Source: Eledone cirrhosa
Lineage: Eukaryota
DNA: 64,000 bases
Direction of reading: 5' to 3'
NCBI GenBank assembly: GCA_964016885.1
Contig: OZ024743.1
Coordinates: 218,302,001-218,366,000, forward strand
Each line of letters begins with the position of its first letter. Positions within the stretch are counted from its first letter, which is position 1. Both the position numbers and the translations under genes were made by a program. Below, piece by piece: positions 1-13,735 of this stretch. The notes below the pieces were generated by a model. That model saw nothing but the letters and a program-made list of their open reading frames with translations. It ran no database searches and was not told where the DNA came from.

Positions 1-884
1 ACCAGTTTCGCCAACTGGATTGCAGCAATCGTGCACAGAAAAGTGCACCTTCGCTGTGAGCCTGGGGGCTTATCAAAAGACCCCTCAATTTAGTGGTCTA
101 TATTTTGACCCGAACGTTACAAATGAATAAGTCTTGGGGGCGGGGAGAAATAATACTGTGATACAGCGGTCACAGAAGGGAGGCAAAAGGTAGATGTTTA
201 GTGAGTACCATATTTGCTAGAAAAAGCAGTCAGCAGAATGCCCAGCGTTTCCCAGGTTGAAACCTAGCAATAAATGGGCTAGAATCTAAACTATAATAAA
301 GGGAGGAGCGCGGGACAGCGTCCAGAATATATTTTGTTATCCCGTTTGTAAAATAAGTTGGATTACTTTGAATAAATAATGAATGAATATTACATAATTT
401 ATCTACTAAATTTCGTTATTCTTGATTAAATATAAATAATTTTGTCGCTTATTTTAAGATTCACTTCTTTAAAATTTTCAAATATCAACACTTCCGGTTA
501 GCGATGGCTTAAATAAACAGTCATATATTTCCGTCAATGGATTACGTTACTGATTACATAAGACAGTGTAACACAGTCTTCGTTCAATTTCTGTGTATAT
601 TGTCAATTACGATTTTAGTTGACGTATCATATCTACATGTATATATACTTGCGTATAATATCAATATGCTCACTACACATGCTAGCAGACAACCACTCGA
701 AGGGTGGTTTTTCTGCTAGTTGTTCTTAATAAAGGCATATTTGATATACCATTACTCGATTTCTCTTGAAAAGTTAGCTGTCGTGTAAGAATTATAGGGT
801 CTTTTTCTGAAATGTGTATAACATTCCAATATCTAATGCAGTATGCTACAGAGACGCGCTCAATATGAAAAATATCCTATATAA

Positions 885-1066
885 TAGTGCTGTGTTTGTT
901 CCATTACTCTTTACGTTCTGAGTTCAAATCTTGTTGAGGTTAGCTTCGCCTTTCATCCTTACGGGGTTCAATAAAATAAAGAACCAGTAACGCACTGGGG
1001 AAGATTTAATCGACATTCTCCTCCCGCAAAATTGTTGGCCCTGTGACTAAATCACAAACTATTATT
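885..1066 (+). mobile_element. tRNA-headed SINE (major family)
   Basis: B-box GAGTTCAAATC plus conserved core GCCTTTCATCCTTACGGGGT..ATAAAATAAAG.ACCAG (MetaSINE-like core, from memory). Confidence 0.75.
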
Positions 1067-2072
1067 GATAGTTATCTCGTTAATAATAAAAGAAAAGGAA
1101 ATCTAAATTACACTGAGGAAATGTAACTTTAAATAGAAATGTAATTTCGAGGGAAAAGAAAGACAAAAATATAAGCTCTGGAAGATTTTCGAATATGGAT
1201 ACTATGTGTTTAATTCGTGTTACAGACAATATCAATATATAACGTAAATGTACAAATTAGCAGAAAGAACAGCAGATGGATAGTGCATGAGAGAAAGAGA
1301 GGTGTAAGTGAAAGGAAAAATAAACAAAATGAAAGAGAGAGCGATGAAGATTGGAAATAAGATGTAATAGTATAAAACAAAGTGTGTCAATAAGAGAAGT
1401 TAAAATGACGCTAGTATACGAGAGTAACCACGGCAGCTTGAACAATGCTATTCTAAGACGACAGTTCCCATTTTCGTGGCATTATTGATGTGGTCAATAT
1501 AATAGTTTCCAGTCGACTGTTCCTACATACCAACATTTCTAGCATTGTGCCTATTAAAAAATAATACAAACACAATATTAAGAGAAAAAGAAATAAACGT
1601 ACAAATTGACAATTAAGGTAAAATTGAAAGAATAAGAAATAGAGTCGGGGAGAAACAAAACGAGAAAGAAATTAGGGACAAAGAATGACAGGTAGAGAAA
1701 GATGCAGGCAAATAGAAGAGATAGCAATGATATGCATGAGAAAGACAAGTATGGAGAAAAGTGGAGGAGTAGGCTTAGCTACTGAGAAAGGAAAGAGGGG
1801 TATATGAGAAAGATGCGATGATGAGTAGGAAAAGATGCTTAAAGCATTATGGGAGATATGATGTGATATACACACTGACATTTAGAAATTTTTTTTTTCT
1901 TTTTTTAAATGACATTCGAAAACTTGCCAATATGGAACTCGAAAACACGACATTCGCTTTATTTAAATAATGTTCTAACCAACTAAAACCAACCCGCCTG
2001 TCAGTGTTTTAACTTTTAAACTAAGGAGTAGATGAAATACACACATGAAATAAACATTTAGAAATACATAAT

Positions 2073-2154
<82 letters not shown>

Positions 2155-2669
2155 CGTAGAATTGCACTATGCATTGACCTCTATCAATTTGCATGTCAAA
2201 TTTTCAGAATGTCCTTTCAATACATTATGAAACTGAACTGAGAGTCTCAGAATATTTTTCAAATACCACATTTGCAAATCTTGGGATGGTGGATATGATA
2301 TATTGCGAGAAGATTTATATTTGGGATTAAACTTTACAATCTAAATCCCTTTCATTCCCAGTTCGGTGTCTTACGAACAGAAGATGATATTTCTGCAGTG
2401 TGAGAATGGCATTTTATCAATAAAAGTCAGGAATAAATTATCAAGAGTAGATGTCATTTTACTGGCAAACATTTACGTTTCACAAATACAAAATAGAAAC
2501 CCATATTTCAGCCGAAGAAGAAAGCTATTTCGAATATTGCAAATTAATACCCTACCATTAAAAAATATATTCCTTCGTTACTAATAAAAAAACACGTCAT
2601 AGACTTGAATTAGACATGGTTGTCTTGTTTAGCGAATGTTAGTTGTCTTAACGGTACATACACAAAATG

Positions 2670-3050
2670 ATAGAACGTTAGTCGTTGCAGGGAGCACCGG
2701 ACAGAATGCTCTTTGTGTTTTAAATTCAAATCTTGCAGAAATCAACTTTGCTTTTCATCCTTTCCAGAGTCAATAAATTAAATAACCAGTCGAGTACTGT
2801 TCCTTCTCTCAAATTTGCTGGCTTTATACCTATCTTGATTTCTAATTTAGATACAAGGCCAAAAAACATTTGCAGGAAGGACGAAGGTAATTAAATCGAC
2901 TCCGGTACTTGGCTAATACTTTATTTTATCGATCCCAGAAGAATGAAAGGTAAAGTTGACATTGGTGGGATTCGAAATCAGAACGTATAAGGCCGTACTT
3001 AAATACCGCATTTTGTCCAACGTTCTACTCATATTATTAATCCACCACCC
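2670..3050. mobile_element. Two major-family SINE copies, tail-to-tail (+ 2670-2835; - 2836-3050)
   Basis: Core motif present in both orientations. Confidence 0.7.
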
Positions 3051-3423
3051 TTACCTTAAACCGATATCAGAAACCATTATAGTATACATTTCTAAATAAT
3101 GTTACCTGTCCTTTGTGATCCTATCCTTGATAATTATATCTAAACGATGGTTTGCCTTCATTTGTTATCAGTCAGGACAGATATGCCCGAGATAGTTGCG
3201 ATCAATTCGTTGTCAAATACTTCTTATGTGTTGAAGTATCCGCATATTTTCCGGGTCACATAGCAGTCAATCTAGTAGCAAGAGTATATTGGAGAAGACT
3301 GAGCTTCCAGAGATGATAAAATTGCCTCAGTGTACTGATTGTTTAGTCTGCACTGTATGTTAACCGCTTCTTTCATTATTTCTTACAATTATTTGTGACT
3401 AAGCATTGAATAGTGCACAGCTA

Positions 3424-3619
3424 CAAGGGTCGGCTGAAAAGTTCAGAAGCTGACTATCAAATAGTGATGCTAGCGCTGTGAAATTTTGCATGTATTATTT
3501 TCAACTCTTCTTATTTATAACGCAATGTTTCTTTTAGGGTCTATTTTAAAAAATAAACCTTATTTGGCCATTCAATGAGGGTTTCTTGACCAGCCTATGA
3601 ACTCTTCAACCGACCCTCG
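3424..3619. mobile_element. Mariner-type MITE
   Basis: TA-CAAGGGTCGGCTGAAAAGTTC...AACTCTTCAACCGACCCTCG-TA; partial relatives near 3870, 38158 and 62505. Confidence 0.8.
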
Positions 3620-3989
3620 TATATATTCTTATCTGGTCCTCAACTTCATGTTATCTAGGAAATCTGTGTTTGGTTGCTTATATCTTAGAAATATAACCCG
3701 AGTACTCGCCAATGACCACCGAAGATGAAAGTAGTTGGTGCAGCGTTCGACACTGAAAAAGATTTAGGGACCAGGATTAGGATGAGATGATGATGATCTT
3801 AGAAATTCTTGCTAATAAACATTGTTGAAAAATCAACATCATTTGGTCATTGCATTAGAGTATCTTCGTCAGCCTATGGACTTTTCAGCCGACGCTCGTA
3901 AAATGTGTCCTTTTTTACGTTTAGCCCTGATCTTCTATACTTGTATTGGTTTTCACTCGGGCTCCTATTCAATCTTGAAGAGTAGTGGC

Positions 3990-4795
3990 CATGGAGGTGT
4001 TTTTCTTTGTTGTTTTCTCTAATATATTTTGAGATTTTGTTTTAATTTTGGCTTCTTTACCCTTTCATTTTGTTTCGAATTTATCTAGATATCTTTACTT
4101 CTATTTAGATAGTTTCTAGTTCATATTGTTTTGTTTTCTGGTAAATAAAAAAATGTTTTGCTCGTGTTCCCTTTTTACACTAATCTGTTTCTTGTTATTG
4201 ATTCTAAATATTTCTCTAGTCCCTCCCGTTGTTTCTTTGTAGTAGTCCAGTTTTTGTATCACGTATACCCTATCTATATCGGCCTTGGTTGGAGTGGTTT
4301 TAGAAAACTGATAGTACTTTCTTGGTTTCTTTCGTGGTTTCTTTTCTTTTTATTTGTTTCAGTCAAAACTCTTCAATTCACTTAATCTTCAATTTATTAT
4401 GCTGAAGTCGTAGACTGTAACTGAGATTTCTAGTGTATTTATAGGTATTATCTTTTTTCTATTATCTAGTTTTTAATAATAGTCACACTCTTCTATAATA
4501 CTCTTTTCTAATGTTCCATTTTGTTCTGTACGCTGTTTCTTATCAGTTTTCATCTACTCCTAAGTATTTTTATGGGTGATTCTGCGCTAAATCTTCAATA
4601 TCAGAGTCTGAATCTAAATTAATGTTTTCAGTTATATTTCATTTCCCTCTTATATCAGGTTTGGCATATTTGTCAAATCCCATACTCATTTTACATTCTT
4701 GGCTGAATGTATTATTTTTAAATCATTTGTTGATTCATGCTTTTTCTTGCTTTCTTTAATATTTCGTCTATGTAATGTGCCCAATAAAATAAATT
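3990..4795 (-). mobile_element. R4/Dong-clade LINE fragment (heavily decayed)
   Basis: TFSQECKMSMGFDKYAK and HKKYLGV-like remnants around 4560-4710. Confidence 0.5.
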
Positions 4796-4938
4796 GCTCT
4801 TATATATATATAGGAAAAGAGTCAGGATCCCGACGGCTGAGCTCCGGCCGTCTCGACACCTAGATTCGAACTACTACCCTAAGTATTGAGTACTCTGGTG
4901 CGTTATGGTCCACCTGGTATCTTACTAACCCTCTTTGT

Positions 4939-4964
<26 letters not shown>

Positions 4965-4970
<6 letters not shown>

Positions 4971-5065
4971 GTCCCAAAAAAATGTATACACACTTTGATT
5001 ACCTGTACAGGCAATATTTATTAGAATGCTGTTGAAGTGTGTATACATTTTTGAGGGACATACTG
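4965..5065. mobile_element. Tc1/mariner-type MITE (~100 bp)
   Basis: TIR (C)AGGGTGTCCCAAAAAAATGTATACACACTT in a TA context; same family at 7085-7162 and 59110-59212. Confidence 0.8.
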
Positions 5066-5067
5066 TA

Positions 5068-5149
<82 letters not shown>

Positions 5150-5179
5150 CATATGTATATATATATGTATATATATATA

Positions 5180-5228
<49 letters not shown>

Positions 5229-5649
5229 TATAAAGAGTCGGGACCCGACGGCTGAGCCCTCGCCGTTTCGACAGCCAGTTCCAGATCAGAACTAGCTGTC
5301 GAAGCGCCGAGAGCTCAGCCCTCGAGCCACGACTCTATAGTCACACTCTACTGTCCCAACTATCGAATACTATGTTGAATAATGATCTAACTTGTTTAAT
5401 ACTGGTTTAATCCTGATATACATTTATAATTACAGGTGGATTCCTGAGGAGTAGCAGGGGTGACCACAGGTAAAAACGGTACTCAATAAGTTATAGATGA
5501 TAAACAGTCCAGAAATAGCCGTCGAAACGGCTTGACGTCTGCCGTCGGGGTCATACATTTTCCTATTACCCACTCTACTAACCTAAGTATTGAGTACTCT
5601 GGTGCGTTATGGTCCATCTGGTTACTTACCACAACTCCTTCGTTATATA

Positions 5650-5737
<88 letters not shown>

Positions 5738-5739
5738 TG

Positions 5740-5825
<86 letters not shown>

Positions 5826-5914
5826 TAGTTATGTATGTATATATATATATAATTATGTATGTATATATATATATTTAAGTATGTATGTATATATATATAT
5901 ATATAAGTATGTAT

Positions 5915-5959
<45 letters not shown>

Positions 5960-5963
5960 TAAG

Positions 5964-6022
<59 letters not shown>

Positions 6023-6108
6023 CGATATGCAAATTAGGCTGCTCAGCCGTTAATATACATAAGGAAAGTATATACTTTCAGACGTTCAATCATCTGGCAG
6101 GAAGGTAT

Positions 6109-6151
6109 ACGATGCTGACGATAGCTAATAAGCTTGAAACTAGTACATCGT
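6109..6151 (+). ncRNA. Minimal type-I hammerhead ribozyme, intact core (family I element, ~6020-6425)
   Basis: acgatg-CTGACGA-tagct aata agctt-GAAA-ctag-TA-catcgt: 6-bp stem I, stem II, 1-bp stem III with palindromic CTAG loop, cleavage after A6145. Confidence 0.9.
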
Positions 6152-6438
6152 TCCTGTGTCAGTGTCGAACAAAAAGGCGACGATGGTTGCCTGAACACTG
6201 TACGGCGTAATTCGGGCTGTTTGTTTGTTTACAAACAAACCGAACATTATAATAAATGTTCGGTAAACCCATACGTACATATATATATGTGTGCATGTAT
6301 GTATATATATATACATACTACTGTACGTCTGTATACATATATGTATGTACGTATACATACTTACTTACTTACATTTAAGTATCAGCAGTACTAAGAGTGA
6401 GAAATGAAATTTCGTTTCATTCTTTTCTCTCTCTCTCT

Positions 6439-6483
<45 letters not shown>

Positions 6484-7084
6484 GAGAAGAAAGAAGAATA
6501 CTGCGTGGTTGCACATGGGTTACATATGATAAAAATAGTCCTTCGTCAGTGATTTGCCAACCATCATTGATATTTCATCTCATTAAAAATCATATACCTC
6601 AGGTTGGTGCGAGCAATAACTAAAAAAAGCTATTGGGACAAGTAAATCGCGTAAAGCGAGTGAGACAAGTAAACAACATAGAAGGATGAAAGCAACGCAA
6701 AGATGGGAATAAGCAAGCAACATGGTTATCCGGTCAGCATAAACTGGATGGATTTCATGAGCGATCAAGATACATACCGTCCAAACGTGAGTGAGATGTG
6801 AGCAAGAAGAGAACCCACTACTAGCCAAACGGGAGGAAGTGAGAAGGGGAGAAACAGAGAGTGAGTGAGTGGAAGTGCAAGGAAGAGGTCAGTCGAGAGA
6901 AAGTGTAACTGACAGAGGGGGGCGAAAGAAGGTGAGAGCAACAGAGAGAACGGGGAAGTAGTAAGAGAGAAACAGACAAACGCAGCCGAGGTAAATATAT
7001 ATAAAAAACATGAGAAGAAAGAAGAATACTGCGTGTTTGCACATGGGTTACATATGATAAAAAAAATATATATATATATATACA

Positions 7085-7162
7085 CAGGGTGTCCCCCAAA
7101 AATGAATACACATTTTTATTAGAATGCTGTTGAAGTGTGTATACACTTTTTAGGACACCCTG
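7085..7162. mobile_element. Tc1/mariner-type MITE
   Basis: CAGGGTGTCC...GGACACCCTG followed by TA. Confidence 0.8.
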
Positions 7163-7192
7163 TATGTATATATATAGAGAGAGATAGATATA

Positions 7193-7247
<55 letters not shown>

Positions 7248-7964
7248 TGTGTGTATAAATGTATATGCATGCACTCTCAAATAAATAAATGCATATATAT
7301 ATGATGGCTGCCCCCTCGTTATCGAGTATGGCCATTGCACGATATACCATTATTAATAATAATAAATTAATTCTATCGTGCAATGCCTGTGCGTGAAGAT
7401 ATTTTTTAAAGTGACGCAAGACTGTGCACTGAGCCAATCCCACTCTCTGAGCGACAGTAGCTATAACCCGAAAAGAAGAAAAGATCAACATCATCGGTAA
7501 CTACTGAGCCGCAGCTTTTATATCTCAGGGCATTCTTCTAGGAGAAGGCAACTCAGGAAACTGGGATAACTCCGATATAAAATATATATATATACATACA
7601 TACATACATACTTACATATATATGTAAGTATATATATATAGAGAGAGAGGCGGGATACTGGGGGCGTTAAAGAACCTTGTGGTAGTCAGATATGTACTTT
7701 AACCTTTGACAACTGGGAATTAAACTAGCGCCAGCAAGTCCTACTTATGAAACACTGAAAAGAAATATTACATTTGTGTAATAGTGACTGACTGAAATCG
7801 CTTTGTGGTTGAACGAAAAAATACTATAAAACTATAACGACAATCAACAACACCAAAAGTAGCAGGGGTAATAATAAGAAGAAGAATACTAATAATAACA
7901 CTCATTGTTATCACTATTAATGGCCCTTGTGGCCAATATAAGAAATCATTATTATCATCATCTC

Positions 7965-8152
7965 CGGTGGATTGGCAGTATCAGTAGAGGGTCGGACGCC
8001 ATGCTTTCCAGCATAGTTACGTCCCTTTACGATCTGAGTTCAAATCCCGCCGAGGTTGACTTTGCCTTTCATCCTTACGGGGTCGATAAAATAAAGTACC
8101 AGTAATGCACTGGGTAATTGCTGGCCTTATGCCTAAAGTAGAAACAATTATT
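7965..8152 (+). mobile_element. Major-family SINE
   Basis: TGGCAGTATCAGTAG A-box-like, GAGTTCAAATCCC B-box, core, GGCCTTATGCCTAAAGTAGAAAC tail. Confidence 0.8.
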
Positions 8153-8365
8153 ACTTTCTTCAATAATATTAACATCAACAACGATGTTACTGCTACTACT
8201 ACTAATGAAATATTACCACTGATAACAACAACAACAATAAAAATAATAATGATGATGATGATGAATGTAAAAGAATTTAAAATCAATTGAACGTAAAATA
8301 AAAGTCACTAAAACTTACAAATAACTCAGAAATATTTTTTTAATCAAATTAATAGTATATATATT

Positions 8366-8453
<88 letters not shown>

Positions 8454-8513
8454 GAAAATTAAATAAAAAATATATATATTCCAAAACAAATCGTATTAAA
8501 TAAGAGAGAGTGA

Positions 8514-8560
<47 letters not shown>

Positions 8561-8984
8561 TGTGCGTGAGAGTGAGAGAGAGAGATAGAGAGTGTGTGAG
8601 AGTGAGAGAGAGAGATAGAGTGTGTGTGTGGGTGGGTGTTGTGTGTATACGGTGTGAGTGTATGCTTTTATTTACGTGTGTGTGTACGTGTATTGAGAGA
8701 GAGGGTGGAGGAAGTTGGGTTGTTTATATTGATTTAACGCACGTTTTAGAAATACTTGATTTTTGCAAACTCGCCATTATGCCACCACTCTGCTACCATC
8801 CCTACCACCATCAGTAACAATATTATAATTACCAGCACCACCAACACCTTCAAGCTACAACACACTCATCAGCATTGCCACTACCAGCAACACCTCCATC
8901 TTAACTAACACCACAACCACCTCCACTACCAGAAACACTATATCTACCATCTCTTTAGCTTACAATGCAATAAATACAACAGTT

Positions 8985-9415
8985 AAAAAAGACACCCAAT
9001 ACATGAGTGAAAATGACGTCCGAACAAGTATTCTCCACTACCAACTAACTTACCCCCTGGGTCCTGGCCGACAGGTTGGAGAATGCATTTCCCCGGAGGA
9101 CGGTGAGGGAGATGCGTTGGAACAGCCATTCCACCTCCTTGGGCTCGCACCTGCGGGTGGCCAACTCCAAAAGCAGTGAGTAGCGTTGTGGTTCGGGGAC
9201 CAAGAACGCTGGAAGTCTTCACTGCTAGAGGCTCTACCACAAACTATCCGAGAGCGGCCGATACTTGGATAGTTTGCTTTCTTCGGCTTGGTGGGCAGCA
9301 GAGCCTGGAAAGTTAGCCGAACGCACGAGGTTGCCACTTGAGTAGGTGTCACAGCATGTGGCATCCCAGATGAGGGCCCTACACCCACGGAACGGGAAGA
9401 TTGTCATGCCGTCAC
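8985..9415 (-). mobile_element. CRE-clade non-LTR retrotransposon 3' fragment (restriction-like endonuclease)
   Basis: DGMTIFPFRGCRALIWDATCCDT...AAHQAEESKLSKY...PLAVKTSSVLG...EVEWLFQRISLTVLRGNA across frameshifts, matching the CRE endonuclease C-terminal pattern. Confidence 0.8.
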
Positions 9416-11679
9416 CAACGTCAGCACATACCAGTCCTACAACCACTACTACTGCCAAAAGCAATACCATCACTACCAACACTACTATAAACTCCCACAT
9501 CACCACCATCATTAGCACTAACCTCAAAACCACTAAATGCCACCAGTAACATCACTACTTCCAGCAGCATCAGCACCACCAACAGCAATTACACTACACC
9601 CACCATCAATCAACCTCACGACTCCCATCACCATCGCCAACACCCTCACCATCACAACCATTCCTGCTCAAAACGTGACCTGACAACCACTGGCATAACC
9701 GTTTCAACCACCACATCACTACCACAGAAACGCGTAATAGTTTCGATAAGGACATAAATTACCACTGACACCACTGGGAGAAAGAGAGAGAAGGGAAAGA
9801 AAGAAAAGAAAAAAGAAAAAAGAAAAAAGAAAAAAGAAAAAAAAAGAAAAGAAGGAAAGAAAGAGAAACAAACAAACAAGGGAAGGAAGGAAGGAAGGAA
9901 AATATGAACGCTTAACATTGAATTTGATCTACAAGACACGTACACAAAGATCTTTGAGAATTTGTTTTGCGTTTTTCTTCGGATATTTAAAACTGGAGCT
10001 CTTCGATTTTATTGCAGAAAAAATAAATAAACAATCAGTTTAAATTTAGAGATCCATGATATTCACTAACTCACTATTATTGTTGTGGGCGAGTTATAAA
10101 TCTGGCTTCACAATCATGACATGCCAGTTTCGATCTCACTGCCTGATATCTTGAGCAATTATGTTTTGTCAGAGCCTTTTAGTAAAAGTGGTAGAAAAAA
10201 ACTATATCGAAGCCGGTTGAATGGATTGGACCTGTAATTCAAACATCTCATATTGATTGTATCACATTGATTTTGCTTGGGCACATACGTCTGCGGAATA
10301 TTCAACCACGTACACTATGATATGTGACAAATTGTACCAGAAATTCAAAGGTCTAATCTTGTCACACATTGTGTCACACTGACAGCTGTTGTGGCTGGCG
10401 TTACTATGGTTGCTTTTGCTGCTATTACTACAGATCCAACGGGTGAGCTTGGTACCAGCAAGTATGTTAGTACGTCGTCGGTTGACTTGTTACAAGTAGC
10501 AGAGAAATCTCCATTATCTAAGATAAAAGAATACTCTCGGGTTCCAATTAATAGGGGAAAGTTGGAATTATAAGCGGGAGGAGGGGTTGGGAATCGGTAA
10601 TTTTATAGAGTATGTTCATAAATATGGGATTACTTGTAATGCTCTTTTTTGTCATAATTGGGTTTTTTAAGTAAAATAAAATTATTAGATTCACCAGCTG
10701 CTGTATCGATATGAATCACTTACAATAAAATTTCTCGGGAAATAGATTGGCCAAATTTAATAAACGGGGAAAATTAATAAGCGGGCTGGGGTACGATTAT
10801 TGAAGACCTGGAGCACATTTGACTATTTTGCCCTTGTTTTATATGCAGGACTCCGTTGTCGAACATCTTATTCTATTTTATAAGACGAGATGTGATTTAA
10901 TGGGAACTTGGATACTATCTTTAGCAAGCTGGGTGACCATACAGTAGGTCTGTCGTTAGCTACTGCAGTTAAGTTGTTGCTTATATTGTACATGTGGCTT
11001 CTGCACACTACCTTAGTTGCTGTTATTGCAGCTGTATATCCCCAAGTAAGCTTTGATCGAGCAATTCTAAGACAGGCAGGTAGTCAGCCTAGCGATTAGC
11101 TGCAACTCAGAGTTTCGTTGTTTCAAGGTACGAACTCTGTCCTCATCCATCTGATGACTTGTGGACTAAATTAAGAGGTTTGCTTCATAATCACAATGTC
11201 CAAAGTTCCATCCCAATACTTGGAATCTTGGGCCATACCTTAGAGTTGAACAAAGCCTTGTGAATGAAATTACGTTGTCTGAGACGGTGTCGAAGTCTGT
11301 CTAAGAAATCAATGATCCAACCGCATCACACACAGTCCCACGCTGGTTCTGCCTGAAAATTGTCATGTGAAAGTTACATGTGACTAAGTCACGTACACTC
11401 TAATTCAATGAGAGGACGGTTCATTTGTTCATACAACATCGCAAGGTGGAGTGGCTGTTCTATCGCGACTCCCTCGCCGTCTTCCGGGTAGAAAATAGGA
11501 TGGCAGTCTTTAGACGTAAGGGCTAATAATGCTCTCTCTCTCTCTCCCCCTCTCTCTCTCACACACACACACATACACACACACAACAAGTAAACTTCTT
11601 TGATAACAAATTAAAACAGAAAGTCTAGACAGGGTAAACGATTTCTTTGCACATACAAGCAAGAGAAATATAGTTTAGT

Positions 11680-13090
11680 AATGCTATTGTTGCTGTTAGT
11701 GTTATTTCTGTTATTGTTGTCGTTGTTATTATTGCTGTTACTGTTACTGTTCCTATTGTTCCTATTGTTGCTGTAAGTGTTGTTATTGTTACTGTTATTG
11801 TTGCTGTTATTACTGTTAGTGGTGCTGTTGTTACTGTTATTGTTGTAATTGGTGCTGTTATTGTTGCTGTTATTACTGTTAGTGGTGCTGTTATTGCTGT
11901 TATTATTGCTGTTATTGTTGTAATTGGTGCTGTTATTGTTGCTGTTATTACTGTTAGTGGTGCTGTTGTTGCTGTTATTGTTGTAATTGGTGCTGTTATT
12001 GTTGCTGGTATTACTGTTAGTGGTGCTGTTGTTGCTGTTATTGTTGTAATTGGTGTTGTTATTGTTGCTGTTATTACTGTTAGTGGTGCTGTTGTTGCTG
12101 TTATTGTTGTAATTGGTGCTGTTATTGTTGCTGGTATTACTGTTAGTGGTGCTGTTGTTGCTGTTATTGTTGTAATTGGTGCTGTTATTGTTGCTGTTAT
12201 TGTTGTAATTGGTGCTGTTATTGTTGCTGGTATTACTGTTAGTGGTGCTGTTATTGTTGCTGTTATTACTGTTAGTGGTGCTGTTGTTGCTGTTATTGTT
12301 GTAATTGGTGCTGTTATTGTTGCTGTTATTGTTGTAATTGGTGCTGTTATTGTTGCTGGTATTACTGTTTGTGGTGCTGTTGTTGCTGTTATTATTGCTG
12401 TTATTGTTGTTATTGGTGCTGTTATTGTTGCTGGTATTACTGTTAGTGGTGCTGTTGTTGCTGTTATTGTTGTAATTGGTGCTGTTGTTACTGTTAGTGT
12501 TGCTATTGTTGTTGTTATTATTGCTGTTATTGGTGTTGTTGCTGTTATTATTGCTGTTGTTGCTGTTAGTGTTGCTATTGTTGTTGTTATTATTGCTGTT
12601 ATTGGTGCTGTTGTTGCTGTTAGTGTTGCTATTGTTGTTGTTATTATTGTTGTTATTTGGACTGTTGTTGCTGTTATTATTGCTATTATTGCTGTTAGTG
12701 TTGCTGTTAGGGGTGCAGTTTTTGCTGTTATTGCTGTTGTTGCTGTTAGTGTTGCTGTTAGTGTTGCTGTTGTTGCTGTTGTTGCTGTTAGTGTTGCTGT
12801 TATAGCTGTTAGTGTTGCTGTTATTGCTGTTAGGTGTGCAGTATTTGCTGTTATAGCTGTTAGTGTTGCTGTTATTGTTGTTAGTGTTGCTGTTGTTGTT
12901 GTTATTATTCCTGTTAGTGGTGCTGTTGTTGCTGTTAGTGGTGTTGTTGTTGTTGTTGTTGTTGTTACTTCTGTTGGTCATGCTGAAGTTACTATTGTTA
13001 CTTTTGATATTGTTGATTTTATTTATTTGGTCCTTATTGATTTTGTTGTCGTCACTGTTTTTGTGTTCTGCTGTTGTTGTTGTTGTTGTT
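11680..13090. repeat. Complex (TGT/TGC/TAT) trinucleotide-derived minisatellite
   Basis: Higher-order units such as ttgttgtaattggtgctg and ttactgttagtggtgctg recur; source of the poly-Asn/poly-Leu pseudo-ORFs. Confidence 0.95.
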
Positions 13091-13479
13091 GTCGTTGACA
13101 TTGTTATTGGTGTTGTTGTTACTGTTGCTGGTGGCGTTTTTGTTATTCTGGTTGCTATTATTGATGTGGCTGCTGTTGGTGTTTTTGTTACACGTCTTTA
13201 TGGTGGCCATTTTCTTTTTGTTGCTGTTTTTGTTGTTCTAAATGTTGTACACGAGGTTACTGCTGTTTTGCTGAAAGGATTAATCCCGCCACACGGACTG
13301 AATATCATGTTCCGCATCACTGACTGGTTACGTGCTCGTTGTTGCATAACCAGAACTGCTTATGAAATTGGATAGTATCGAAAAATCGCCGTGCTTATTG
13401 TTCATTGTTTTAAATAAATTCGCCAAGACAAGTGGTAGGGCGAGATATAAATAACGGAAACACTGAAACAGTACTCCTG

Positions 13480-13501
13480 ATACTACTACTACTACTACTA
13501 C

Positions 13502-13586
<85 letters not shown>

Positions 13587-13701
13587 ACTACTACTAACAC
13601 TACTGCTAACACTACTGCTGATGCTACTACTACTACTATTGCTGCTGCTGCTGCTGCTACTACTACTATTACTACTACTACTACTAACACTACTGCTGAT
13701 G

Positions 13702-13735
<34 letters not shown>
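13480..13735. repeat. (TAC)n/(TAA)n/(TGC)n compound microsatellite
   Basis: Direct reading. Confidence 0.95.

Noticed and set aside
5438-5552. CTGAGGA at 5444 as the missing 5' core of family A
   Set aside because: Stem II base and stem I do not pair convincingly with the family A 3' half.
11611-13101. 496-aa Asn-rich ORF and overlapping poly-Leu ORFs
   Set aside because: Translation of a trinucleotide-derived satellite; no domain, and open in several frames.
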